NCBI GenBank assembly: GCA_027491215.1 | Contig: JAIXWP010000103.1 | Location: forward strand, 10,354 to 74,353 | Direction: 5' to 3' | Origin: Flavobacteriales bacterium | Lineage (GTDB): Bacteria; Bacteroidota; Bacteroidia; Flavobacteriales_D; Sanyastnellaceae | Length of the DNA: 64,000 nt | Shown here: positions 48,229 to 57,062 of the stretch, one piece after another | Numbering within the stretch: position 1 is the stretch's first letter | Layout of the letters: the number at the start of each line of letters is the position of its first letter | Notes under the pieces: model-generated | The model's database searches: none | What the model saw: only the letters and a program-made list of their open reading frames with translations | What the model was told of the DNA's origin: nothing | Translations under genes and position numbers: made by a program

Positions 48229-49263
48229 ATGACAAAGCCTAATGATTTAATTTTAAGAGCAGCTCTCGGTCAAGATGTAGAACGCACTCCTGTTTGGGTA
48301 ATGCGTCAAGCGGGCCGAGTATTGCCAGAGTACAGAGCAGTTCGCGCAAAAGCGGGAAGCTTCAAAGGACTATTGTTTCAGCCCGAGCTTGCTGCTGAGG
48401 TTACAATTCAACCCGTAGATCTTCTCGGAGTAGATGCAGCCATTTTATTCTCCGATATTTTGGTGATTCCAGAAGCGATGGGTCTTGAGTATCGCATGGA
48501 CGAGGGCCGAGGACCAAGCTTCGAACAAACGATTCGAAGTGAAGCCGATTTGAAAAAAATAACTACGAATGGCATTGAAGAAAATCTTGAATATGTTTTT
48601 CAAACAATTCGCTTAATCAAACAAGAGCTGGGTGATCGTGTTCCTTTAATTGGTTTTGCAGGCGCTCCATGGACTATCTTCTGTTACATGGTGGAGGGTA
48701 AAGGATCAAAAACATTCTCAATGCCACGAGCAATGATTATGTCCAATCCAGAGTTGGCACACACATTGCTTCAGGCGATCACAGATGCGACGATCATTTA
48801 CTTGAAAGCCCAGATTAGAGAAGGCTGTCAAATGATTCAATTATTCGACAGTTGGGCCGGCGCATTGAACAACGATTCATATAATACTTTTGCATTGCCA
48901 TATCTAAAACAAATATGTGAGGCCATTCAAGACGTTCCTAAGACCGTCTTTTCATTGGGAGCATTTTTCTCATTAGAAGAATTATCTCAATTGCCTTGCA
49001 ATACGATAGGATTGGATTGGCACATGGATCCGAGATGGGCAAGGAAAGTAGTTGGAGGCGAAAAGACCCTTCAAGGCAATCTAGATCCTGCTATTTTATA
49101 CGGTGATTATTCGTTTATTCGATTAAGAACCCAAGAAATGCTGCAAAAATTCGGACCGAATCGACATATAGCTAACCTAGGACACGGAGTTTATCCCGAT
49201 ATTCACGCCGACAAACTCAAGTGTTTTATTGATACCGTAAAAGAATACCAACACTCAAAATGA
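48229..49263 (+). CDS. hemE: uroporphyrinogen decarboxylase
   Basis: The track starts at GTG 48208. I prefer the ATG at 48229. It carries the signature PVWVMRQAGRVLPEYR and FAGAPWT. Confidence 0.95.
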   Translation: MTKPNDLILRAALGQDVERTPVWVMRQAGRVLPEYRAVRAKAGSFKGLLFQPELAAEVTIQPVDLLGVDAAILFSDILVIPEAMGLEYRMDEGRGPSFEQTIRSEADLKKITTNGIEENLEYVFQTIRLIKQELGDRVPLIGFAGAPWTIFCYMVEGKGSKTFSMPRAMIMSNPELAHTLLQAITDATIIYLKAQIREGCQMIQLFDSWAGALNNDSYNTFALPYLKQICEAIQDVPKTVFSLGAFFSLEELSQLPCNTIGLDWHMDPRWARKVVGGEKTLQGNLDPAILYGDYSFIRLRTQEMLQKFGPNRHIANLGHGVYPDIHADKLKCFIDTVKEYQHSK

Positions 49264-50474
49264 TCATGAACATTCGCTATTACTTTCTCGCTGCGGCTGT
49301 ACTAACCGCTACTGTAGCAGAAGCTCAATCGAAAAAGCCATCTTCCAAAACAGAAAAAGCTCCAGAAACGGAGACCACTGATTCTGAAAATCTAGTTGTA
49401 AATCCAAGTTTTGAAGACTGTAATATCAAGACTTTGAAGTCATATGGTCAGCTTACAGAACTTTGCGAACCATGGGCTACTCCAAATAAATCAAGTGCAG
49501 ATCTATTCGCACAAGGTGTAAAAGGAACCAAGGCAATGGCTGGTCAAAATGACTTCGGCAAGCAAGATCCAATGGATGGTACTGCATATGCAGGATTTAG
49601 AGCTTACACCAAAGACCCAAAGAAAACCAGAACATATCTTTCAACAAAGCTTACCAAGCGTCTTGATAAGAACCAATTGTATTGCGTTAAAATCAATGTG
49701 AGCCTTGCAGATCTTTCAAAATTTGCGGTAAACAATATTGGTGTTTTCCTCTCTGATAGAAAAGTTCAAAACGCAACAGATTACGCATTGACATTCACTC
49801 CTCAAGTTTTGGAGAAAAACAATAAAGTAATCAATGAAATGACCGGTTGGGAGACTATCTGCGGAACATTCATTTCTAATGGAACAGAAGAATACATCAT
49901 CATCGGTGGATTCGGAGAAGAGAACAAAACAAAAATCGAAAAAGTAAAGAAACCAGCAGGTTCAACTGGAACAGCATTGAACGATGCGTACTACTACATC
50001 GATAACATCGAAATCGTGCCAATTGAGGCAGCAAGCCAGTGTGCTTGCGGTAAAGCAGCATCAACAGAACCAGATTTGATTTACAGCAGAGCTACAGCAA
50101 AGTCAATAGACATGAAGCCTGAGCAAATCATTGCTGCGTCTTCTGTGTACTTCGCAAACTTGACATCAGAGATCCCAGGAATGTTTGAACCAGACTTGGA
50201 AGAAGTTGCTCAGTTGATGAAAGAAAATCCAAGCATTCAATTAGAATTGGTTGGTCATAGCGACACTGAAGAGGTTGGTGAGGCGAAGATTACACCTCGT
50301 CTAGCTGACATGGCTAAGAAGCGCGCAGAAGCAGTAAAAGCAGCTTTAGTAGACCGCGGTGTTGAAGCGAGCAGAATGACTACATCATCAAAAGATGATA
50401 CACAATTGGCGAGCAACAAGCCAACACCACTTTCAAAAGCTCAAAACAGAAGAGTAGAATTTAAGACCAAATAA
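49260..50474 (+). CDS. OmpA_C-domain (peptidoglycan-binding) protein with an N-terminal jelly-roll-like domain
   Basis: 404 aa with a signal peptide ending AEAQ. N-terminal NLVVNPSFEDC... domain. C-terminal OmpA-like domain with LVGHSDT...A..RA.AV...L and NRRVEF. Confidence 0.75.
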   Translation: MIMNIRYYFLAAAVLTATVAEAQSKKPSSKTEKAPETETTDSENLVVNPSFEDCNIKTLKSYGQLTELCEPWATPNKSSADLFAQGVKGTKAMAGQNDFGKQDPMDGTAYAGFRAYTKDPKKTRTYLSTKLTKRLDKNQLYCVKINVSLADLSKFAVNNIGVFLSDRKVQNATDYALTFTPQVLEKNNKVINEMTGWETICGTFISNGTEEYIIIGGFGEENKTKIEKVKKPAGSTGTALNDAYYYIDNIEIVPIEAASQCACGKAASTEPDLIYSRATAKSIDMKPEQIIAASSVYFANLTSEIPGMFEPDLEEVAQLMKENPSIQLELVGHSDTEEVGEAKITPRLADMAKKRAEAVKAALVDRGVEASRMTTSSKDDTQLASNKPTPLSKAQNRRVEFKTK

Positions 50475-50501
50475 TATTGGCCTAATATTTAGAATGAACA
50501 A

Positions 50502-50532
50502 GGGTAGCTTGATAAAGCTACCCTTTTCTTTT
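50502..50532 (+). terminator. rho-independent terminator
   Basis: 9-bp perfect stem GGGTAGCTT/AAGCTACCC, loop GATA, then TTTTCTTTT. Confidence 0.85.
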
Positions 50533-50566
50533 AAAATAATTTCGATTAATTTCTGTTATTCGCAAG

Positions 50567-51694
50567 GTGAAAAAACTTTTACTCTTACATATTGTAGCGC
50601 TTTTTGTGTTCACTTTGAATGCTCAAAACTTGGTGCCTAATCCGAGTTTTGAGGAGAAAAGCTACTGTCCGAGTAATTTTAATCAGCAACAACTAAAATC
50701 ATTAAGCTCTTGGTCTCAAGTGAATGAAGGTACTCCCGATCACTTTTCATCATGCAGCCAAAAGGTTGGTGTTCCTAATAATTTATTCGGTGTTCAAAGT
50801 GCTAAAGAGGGTGAATCATATGCTGGCATGGCCGTCTACAGTCCAACGCAAAGAAACTATCGCGAATACCTCACAACGAAATTAACTAGAGCTCTTAATC
50901 CAGGCGAAATGGTATGCATCGAAATGTATATCTCCACTGCAGACTACTCTAAGTATGTAACTGATGCATTTGGCCTAGTGCTCTCAGAAAACAAATTGAG
51001 TCAAGTACGAAACCAGGTTATACCCTATAGTCAATCATTAGCGAATCCAAAATTACACATGTTAGACGCCTACAACGAGTGGGTATTGATAAGTGATGTT
51101 TACACAGCAAAAGGTGGAGAGCAATTTTTGACGATTGGAAATTTCAAATCAGATAAAGAACTGAAAATACTCTCACGCACGCGCGACTCAGGCGCTAAAG
51201 ATGAGAATCGATGGTCTTATATTTATGTTGACAACGTGAGCGTTAAATCGGTAGTAAAAAAAGAGCTCTGCAGTTGTGAAAATGATTTAATCAAAAGCCT
51301 TGTCGTAGACCCTCCATTAGAATTATCAGAGTATGATAAAATCAAATTAGATGACATTTATTTTGATTTTGACAAGTCTGACTTGAAAGAAGATGCGCTG
51401 GTAAAATTGAATGATGTCTATTCTTTATTGAGAAAAAACAAAGCCATGTATCTAGAGATTGATGGGCACGCCGACGTGATTGGAAATGATGCCTATAACT
51501 TAGAACTTTCAAAGAAACGTGCAGAAGCAGTGATTGAGCATTTGGTAAAAAGAGGAATAGATCGAGGCAGACTAAACATTAATTATTTCGGCAGCAAAGT
51601 ACCCGCAGTCAACGAAGACACCGATCAAGCCAGAGCACAAAACCGACGCGTAGAATTCCAGGTGCTAGAGCACAAGTACATGTTGGTGCAGTAA
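50567..51694 (+). CDS. OmpA_C-domain protein, paralogue of the preceding gene
   Basis: 375 aa with a GTG start. Signal peptide ...FTLNAQ. N-terminal NLVPNPSFEEKSYCP...GTPDHF...YREYLTTKLTRAL domain. C-terminal IDGHADVIGNDAYNLELSKKRAEAV...NRRVEF. Confidence 0.75.
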   Translation: MKKLLLLHIVALFVFTLNAQNLVPNPSFEEKSYCPSNFNQQQLKSLSSWSQVNEGTPDHFSSCSQKVGVPNNLFGVQSAKEGESYAGMAVYSPTQRNYREYLTTKLTRALNPGEMVCIEMYISTADYSKYVTDAFGLVLSENKLSQVRNQVIPYSQSLANPKLHMLDAYNEWVLISDVYTAKGGEQFLTIGNFKSDKELKILSRTRDSGAKDENRWSYIYVDNVSVKSVVKKELCSCENDLIKSLVVDPPLELSEYDKIKLDDIYFDFDKSDLKEDALVKLNDVYSLLRKNKAMYLEIDGHADVIGNDAYNLELSKKRAEAVIEHLVKRGIDRGRLNINYFGSKVPAVNEDTDQARAQNRRVEFQVLEHKYMLVQ

Positions 51695-51723
51695 TCGCCC
51701 CCGACTCCCTAACTCCTCAACTC

Positions 51724-52716
51724 TCAAGAATTTATCTGCTCCCAGATCATATCTTTTAATCGATCTACGTTTAATCCGCTTACCGCAGAAATGAAGATAT
51801 TAGGAATTCCTTCAGGAAGAATTGCTTTCATTTCATTGGTCATTTGCTCGTCGAGCATATCACATTTTGTGATTGCTAAAATTCTCTTTTTGTGAAGTAG
51901 TTCTGGATTGTATTTCTTCAGCTCATTGAGCAAAATATCGTATTCCTTTTGAATATCCTTGGCGTCGCATGGAATCATGAAAAGCAAAGAAGAATTTCGT
52001 TCGATGTGGCGCAGGAATCGATGACCTAATCCTTTTCCTTCTGCTGCCCCTTCGATAATACCTGGAATATCAGCCATGACAAAAGAGCGATCACCTCTGT
52101 ATCTTACCATTCCAAGATTTGGAACAAGCGTTGTAAACGGATAATCAGCTATTTCAGGCTTTGCAGCCGATACAACAGAAAGCAAAGTAGACTTTCCTGC
52201 ATTTGGAAATCCAACTAGACCTACGTCGGCTAGGACTTTCAACTCGAGAATTTTCCATTCTTCACGTCCAGGTTCCCCTGGCTGAGCGAACTTTGGTGTT
52301 TGACGAGTTGAAGTCTTAAAGTGCGCATTTCCAAGTCCTCCGCGCCCACCTGCTACGATGACGCGCTCTTCTCCGTCTTCGGTGATTTCGAAGTGAACCT
52401 CGCCTGTTTCAGCGTCTCTAGCAACGGTACCTAGTGGAACGAGAAGAATCTCATCCTCACCTTGTTTTCCTGAGCTGTGAGCGCTTCCACCCTTATCTCC
52501 TTCTTGCGCGATTACGTGCTTGCGATATTTCAAATGAAGCAAAGTCCAAACATCCTTGCTCCCGCGAAGAATGATGTGTCCACCTCTACCGCCATCACCG
52601 CCATCAGGTCCACCCTTTGCGGTAAATTTATCTCTGTGTAAGTGCATTGATCCGGCTCCGCCCTTTCCCGAACGACAACAAATCTTCACATAATCGACAA
52701 AATTCGAATCAGCCAT
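51724..52716 (-). CDS. obg: GTPase Obg
   Basis: 330 aa. N-terminal Gly-rich Obg fold [28 protein letters not shown]1 GFPNAGKST and G3 DIPG. Confidence 0.95.
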   Translation of the reverse strand: MADSNFVDYVKICCRSGKGGAGSMHLHRDKFTAKGGPDGGDGGRGGHIILRGSKDVWTLLHLKYRKHVIAQEGDKGGSAHSSGKQGEDEILLVPLGTVARDAETGEVHFEITEDGEERVIVAGGRGGLGNAHFKTSTRQTPKFAQPGEPGREEWKILELKVLADVGLVGFPNAGKSTLLSVVSAAKPEIADYPFTTLVPNLGMVRYRGDRSFVMADIPGIIEGAAEGKGLGHRFLRHIERNSSLLFMIPCDAKDIQKEYDILLNELKKYNPELLHKKRILAITKCDMLDEQMTNEMKAILPEGIPNIFISAVSGLNVDRLKDMIWEQINS

Positions 52717-52729
52717 TACTCTTTACTAA

Positions 52730-53308
52730 TTATACCACAATTGTTTCGATAGCCTTGAATAGTCTATCCGATATTTCTTCAATAGAACCAATACCATTGA
52801 TTCCTCTATATTTATTCTGTGCACGATAGAAATCAGCCACTGGAGCTGTTTCTCTGTTATACACGTTGATGCGATTTTGGATAATTTCCGGATCCGCGTC
52901 ATCAGGCCTTCCACTTGTTTGAGCTCTGTTTAATAGACGAGTCTTCAGCTCAGCCTCTTCAACTTCCAAAGCAAGCATCGCCGTAATTTCCGTACCCTTT
53001 GAGGTGAGGAAATTATCGAGTGCATCCGCTTGAGCGCTCGTGCGTGGGAATCCATCGAAGATGAAACCTTTTGGGTCAGCGTATTTATTTACTTCGCTTT
53101 CCAACATGCTTATTGTTACGCTATCTGGCACCAGTTCTCCTTTGTCCATGTAGCTTTTCGCAAGCTTTCCAAGCTCCGTTTCCCCTTTAATATTAGCGCG
53201 AAAGATATCTCCTGTACTCAGGTGAACCAATTGAAAGCGATCGATTAACTTTTCGCTTTGGGTGCCCTTGCCCGCGCCGGGAGGACCGAAGAGAACGATA
53301 TTTAACAT
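52730..53308 (-). CDS. adk: adenylate kinase
   Basis: 192 aa. P-loop GPPGAGKGTQ, STGDIFR and DGFPRT. This is the short (lid-less) form. Confidence 0.95.
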   Translation of the reverse strand: MLNIVLFGPPGAGKGTQSEKLIDRFQLVHLSTGDIFRANIKGETELGKLAKSYMDKGELVPDSVTISMLESEVNKYADPKGFIFDGFPRTSAQADALDNFLTSKGTEITAMLALEVEEAELKTRLLNRAQTSGRPDDADPEIIQNRINVYNRETAPVADFYRAQNKYRGINGIGSIEEISDRLFKAIETIVV

Positions 53309-53405
53309 TGGGTTATTCGTTAATTGGTTATGAAGGTGCGAAGATAAGGCACGGCGCTCAATGGAAAACTAACTACATTCGCAGCTATAAAATAAAGTCG
53401 CCAAT

Positions 53406-54794
53406 ATGAATTATGATGTAATTGTACTAGGCAGCGGACCAGGCGGTTATGTGACTGCCATTCGTGCCTCTCAATTGGGCCTCAAGACTGCGATTGTAGA
53501 ACGTGAGGCACTCGGTGGTATCTGTCTCAACTGGGGTTGCATTCCAACGAAAGCGCTCCTAAAAAGTGCTACCGTATTTGAATATATTAATCACGCTAAA
53601 GACTACGGAATCGAAGTAGCAGCTCCGAAAGCTGACTTCGGTGGAATGGTTAAAAGAAGCCGTGGCGTAGCTGAAGGTATGAGTAAAGGCGTTCAATTCT
53701 TGATGAAAAAGAACAAGATTGACGTGATTATGGGTACTGGAAAAGTAAAGACAGGCAAGAAAGTAGCTGTTACTTCAGCTGATGGAAAAACTGCTGACTA
53801 CAGCGCTAATCATATCATCGTTGCTACGGGAGGCCGTTCTAGAGTTTTACCAAATCTTCCTCAAGACGGTAAGAAAATCATTGGATACCGTGAAGCTATG
53901 ACATTGGCTGAACAGCCAAAGAGTATGGTTATCGTAGGTAGTGGTGCCATCGGGGTGGAGTTTGCTTACTTCTACAATAGCATCGGAACAAAAGTGACTA
54001 TTGTTGAATTTATGCCAAACATCGTTCCGGTAGAGGACGAAGAAGTATCTAAAGCATTGGCAAAAAACTTTAAGTCAGCCGGTATCGACATCATGAACAA
54101 TGCAGAAGTAACTGGTGTAGACACCTCAGGTAAAGGCTGCAAAGTGAAAGTGAAGACTGCGGATGGTGAGCAAGTTATTGAATGTGATGTGGTGCTTTCA
54201 GCAGTAGGCGTGGTAGCTAACATTGAAGGCATTGGCCTAGAAGATGTAGGCATCGCAACAGACAAAGGAAAAATTCTCGTAGATAAATACTATCAAACCA
54301 ATGTCCCCGGTTACTATGCAATCGGAGATTGTACTCCAGGTCAGGCATTGGCACACGTTGCATCTGCTGAAGGTATTACTTGTGTAGAGAAAATTGCAGG
54401 ACATCATCCAGAGCCTATCGATTATAAGAATATACCAGGTTGTACCTATTGCTCACCAGAAATTGCGAGCGTAGGATACACAGAGAAAGCAGCTAAGGAA
54501 GCAGGGTACGAATTGAAAATTGGTAAATTCCCATTCAGTGCTTCCGGCAAGGCAAGTGCTGCAGGCCACAAGGACGGTTTCGTAAAGTTGATTTTCGATG
54601 CAAAATATGGTGAATTGCTTGGAGCTCACATGATCGGAGCCAACGTAACCGAAATGATTGCAGAGATTGTTGCAATTCGCAAGCTAGAAACTACAGGAAT
54701 GGAGCTTGTGAAGACCATTCACCCGCACCCAACCATGAGCGAGGCTGTTATGGAAGCAGCGGCAGCGGCATATGGTGAAGTGATACACTTGTAA
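53406..54794 (+). CDS. lpdA: dihydrolipoyl dehydrogenase
   Basis: 462 aa. FAD fold GSGPGGY, redox disulfide GGICLNWGCIPTK, and a C-terminal HPHPTMSE. Confidence 0.95.
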   Translation: MNYDVIVLGSGPGGYVTAIRASQLGLKTAIVEREALGGICLNWGCIPTKALLKSATVFEYINHAKDYGIEVAAPKADFGGMVKRSRGVAEGMSKGVQFLMKKNKIDVIMGTGKVKTGKKVAVTSADGKTADYSANHIIVATGGRSRVLPNLPQDGKKIIGYREAMTLAEQPKSMVIVGSGAIGVEFAYFYNSIGTKVTIVEFMPNIVPVEDEEVSKALAKNFKSAGIDIMNNAEVTGVDTSGKGCKVKVKTADGEQVIECDVVLSAVGVVANIEGIGLEDVGIATDKGKILVDKYYQTNVPGYYAIGDCTPGQALAHVASAEGITCVEKIAGHHPEPIDYKNIPGCTYCSPEIASVGYTEKAAKEAGYELKIGKFPFSASGKASAAGHKDGFVKLIFDAKYGELLGAHMIGANVTEMIAEIVAIRKLETTGMELVKTIHPHPTMSEAVMEAAAAAYGEVIHL

Positions 54795-54817
54795 TTTATT
54801 GAGTCGTATTTATACTA

Positions 54818-54856
54818 AATCCCCATTGCGAATCAAAGCAGTGGGGATTTTTTTTG
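54818..54856 (+). terminator. rho-independent terminator after lpd
   Basis: Stem TCCCCATTGC/GCAGTGGGGA (one G-U pair), 8-nt loop, followed by T8. Confidence 0.8.
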
Positions 54857-54933
54857 TGCTTATTTAGGCAACCTTTCCGATATTCGCTGACTTACTTATA
54901 GTATTCCTTTGTTAACCATTTTCATTTGAGATC

Positions 54934-55860
54934 ATGAAACTCGTTTTTACTTCCTTATTTATTATTGCGTTAACCCTTGTGGGATATTCTCAAACAGGTG
55001 GCACAACCTGCGCTGCAGCGGCACCAATCACCTGTGGAGCGTCTTTCACTGGCTCCACTGCTGGAACCGGGGGGGACGGTGTTACAACATGTGGAACAGA
55101 AGGAACTGCTGGTCAGCGTTGGTTTTCATTTACCGCTCCTGGAAATGGAACTGTCAATCTCAACTTATGCACAGGGACTAATTACGATTCTCGAATTCAC
55201 GTTTACACCGGTGTATGCGGTGCACTTGCATGTTTAGCTCAAAACGATGACGCGTGCGGTCTACAGAGTCAGTTGGGATGGAACGTTACTGCTGGTACAA
55301 CGTATTTAATAAGAATAGGAGGATTTGGTGGTGGTAGCGGAAACTTCGGAGCCTCTTTCACATGCAACATTCCTGTAGGTGGATGTACTCAATTCAATGC
55401 TTGCAATTTCAATCCAAGTGCTAATTTCGATAATGGCACCTGCGACTATTCATGTTATGGCTGCACTTATACAGCAGCAAGCAATTACAATCCAACGGCA
55501 ACAATCGACAACGGCTCATGTGTATTCAATGTAGTAGCAGATGGCTGCACTGATCCAGATGCTTGTAACTACTGCAGCCTTTGTACGGGCGATGATGGCA
55601 GCTGTGACTATGCGTGCTTAGGATGCACTTATTCAAACGCTGCTAATTTCGACGCTACAGCGACTAGAGATGATGGAACGTGCGAGTTTGGTGGATGCAC
55701 TGACCCTGCAGCTCTCAACTATACTCCGCTTGCTTTAGTTGATGATGGCAGTTGTACATTCGAATTCGTATGCGAGGGAGACATCAACAATGACGGATTG
55801 ATAGGCATCGGTGACCTCATCATTATGCTTGCGAATTTCGGCTTCAACTGTCCGAATTAA
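54934..55860 (+). CDS. secreted Cys-rich repeat protein with a PPC-like N-terminal domain and a single dockerin-like Ca-binding loop
   Basis: 308 aa with a signal peptide ...LVGYSQ. The N-terminal domain (RWFSFTAPGNGTVNLNLC...YDSRIHVYTG...NDDACG...AGTTYLIRIGGF) resembles pre-peptidase C-terminal-type domains. Five GCT..(A/S).N(Y/F)....A..D(D/N)G(S/T)C repeats follow. The C-terminus is GDINNDGLIGIGDLIIMLANFG. Confidence 0.6.
   Translation: MKLVFTSLFIIALTLVGYSQTGGTTCAAAAPITCGASFTGSTAGTGGDGVTTCGTEGTAGQRWFSFTAPGNGTVNLNLCTGTNYDSRIHVYTGVCGALACLAQNDDACGLQSQLGWNVTAGTTYLIRIGGFGGGSGNFGASFTCNIPVGGCTQFNACNFNPSANFDNGTCDYSCYGCTYTAASNYNPTATIDNGSCVFNVVADGCTDPDACNYCSLCTGDDGSCDYACLGCTYSNAANFDATATRDDGTCEFGGCTDPAALNYTPLALVDDGSCTFEFVCEGDINNDGLIGIGDLIIMLANFGFNCPN
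55378..55770 (+). repeat. five tandem ~78-bp (about 24-28 aa) Cys-rich coding repeats
   Basis: The repeat starts ggatgtact/ggctgcact/ggctgcact/ggatgcact/ggatgcact recur at about 55381, 55461, 55543, 55621 and 55692. The peptide consensus is GCT-x2-x-A-x-N(Y/F)-x3-A-x2-D(D/N)G(S/T)C-x-(Y/F). Confidence 0.75.
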
Positions 55861-57008
55861 GCAGGCACTTCCACTGCACACAAATCTTTGATTTTACTCA
55901 CTGTAAAATCTATTTCTTCTTTTGTTGTATTTCTTGAAAATGAGAATCTCAATGAGGCACGACCTGACTTGAGAGCGTCAATCGCGTCCAAGACATGGGA
56001 TCCTTTTGAGGCTCCTGAGCTACACGCACTTCCACCACTGCAAGCGATTCCTTCTAGATCTAGCAGAAATAGCATCATATCGAAATTTGCAGTTGCTGGA
56101 AATGTTGTGTTTAAAACAGTGTATAGACTATCTGGATTTGCGGAGTCACCATTGAATTCAATACCCGAAATGTTTTTAATCAATTCATTTTTCATGTATT
56201 GCTTCAATCCACTTACGTGCTGTTGGTGCTCTTCGAGATGGGCGTATGCTAATTCTATTGCCTTGCCAAGCCCGACAATCCCATAAAGATTTTCCGTTCC
56301 TCCTCTCAATCCTCGTTCTTGTCCGCCACCAGTAATAGTAGGATTTACTTTTACTCCACGATTGATGTAAATGAAACCAACGCCTTTTGGGCCGTGAAAT
56401 TTGTGTGCTGCCGCGTTGATAAAATGAATATGTGTATTCTTCAAATCAAAGCGATAGTGTCCCATTGTCTGAACCGTATCACTATGAAAGATCGCGTCAT
56501 ATTTTTTACATATATCTCCCACCTTGGTTAATGGGAGAAGATTCGCGATTTCATTATTACCGTGCATGAGGGTAACAAACGATTTTTCATTCGAAGAAAG
56601 TAATTCTTCCAAATGAGATAAATCGATATGACCATTTGGAAGAAGATTAACAATACTGAGTTTAACCAACCCTTTATCAGCCCACATCTGTGCAGTCTTA
56701 ATAACAGCGCTATGCTCGATTAAGCTCGTAATAATATGCTTGCAGCCAAGATCATTGATGGCAGAATACATTGCTAAATTATCCGCCTCAGTGCCACCGC
56801 TGGTGAAGTATATTTCGCTTGGAAGACAATTAAGCTCTTTGGCAATGGTTCTTCTAGCATTCTCGATAGCAGTTTTGGTTTTTCTTCCAAAAGCATGGCT
56901 TGATGACGGATTACCAAAATGCTCGCGCATATATGGAAGCATTGCTTCCAAAACTTGCGGATCCATTGGGGTAGTAGCAGCATTATCGAGATAAATATTC
57001 TTTTCCAT
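55857..57008 (-). CDS. cysteine desulfurase (NifS/IscS class V aminotransferase)
   Basis: 383 aa. PLP lysine region AAAHKFHGPKGVG and the active-site Cys loop SGGSACSSG. Confidence 0.85.
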   Translation of the reverse strand: MEKNIYLDNAATTPMDPQVLEAMLPYMREHFGNPSSSHAFGRKTKTAIENARRTIAKELNCLPSEIYFTSGGTEADNLAMYSAINDLGCKHIITSLIEHSAVIKTAQMWADKGLVKLSIVNLLPNGHIDLSHLEELLSSNEKSFVTLMHGNNEIANLLPLTKVGDICKKYDAIFHSDTVQTMGHYRFDLKNTHIHFINAAAHKFHGPKGVGFIYINRGVKVNPTITGGGQERGLRGGTENLYGIVGLGKAIELAYAHLEEHQQHVSGLKQYMKNELIKNISGIEFNGDSANPDSLYTVLNTTFPATANFDMMLFLLDLEGIACSGGSACSSGASKGSHVLDAIDALKSGRASLRFSFSRNTTKEEIDFTVSKIKDLCAVEVPA

Positions 57009-57062
57009 TATGGTATTATTCGGAGATACAAAGTAATCGGAACTTTATTGGTAGTCCAAACC

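Noticed and set aside
55771-55842. The dockerin-like segment as evidence for a cellulosome-type assembly.
   Set aside because: Only one Ca-binding repeat is present, whereas canonical dockerins have two. There is no cohesin-like gene in the window and no glycoside hydrolase nearby. I kept it only as a descriptive feature of the Cys-rich protein.
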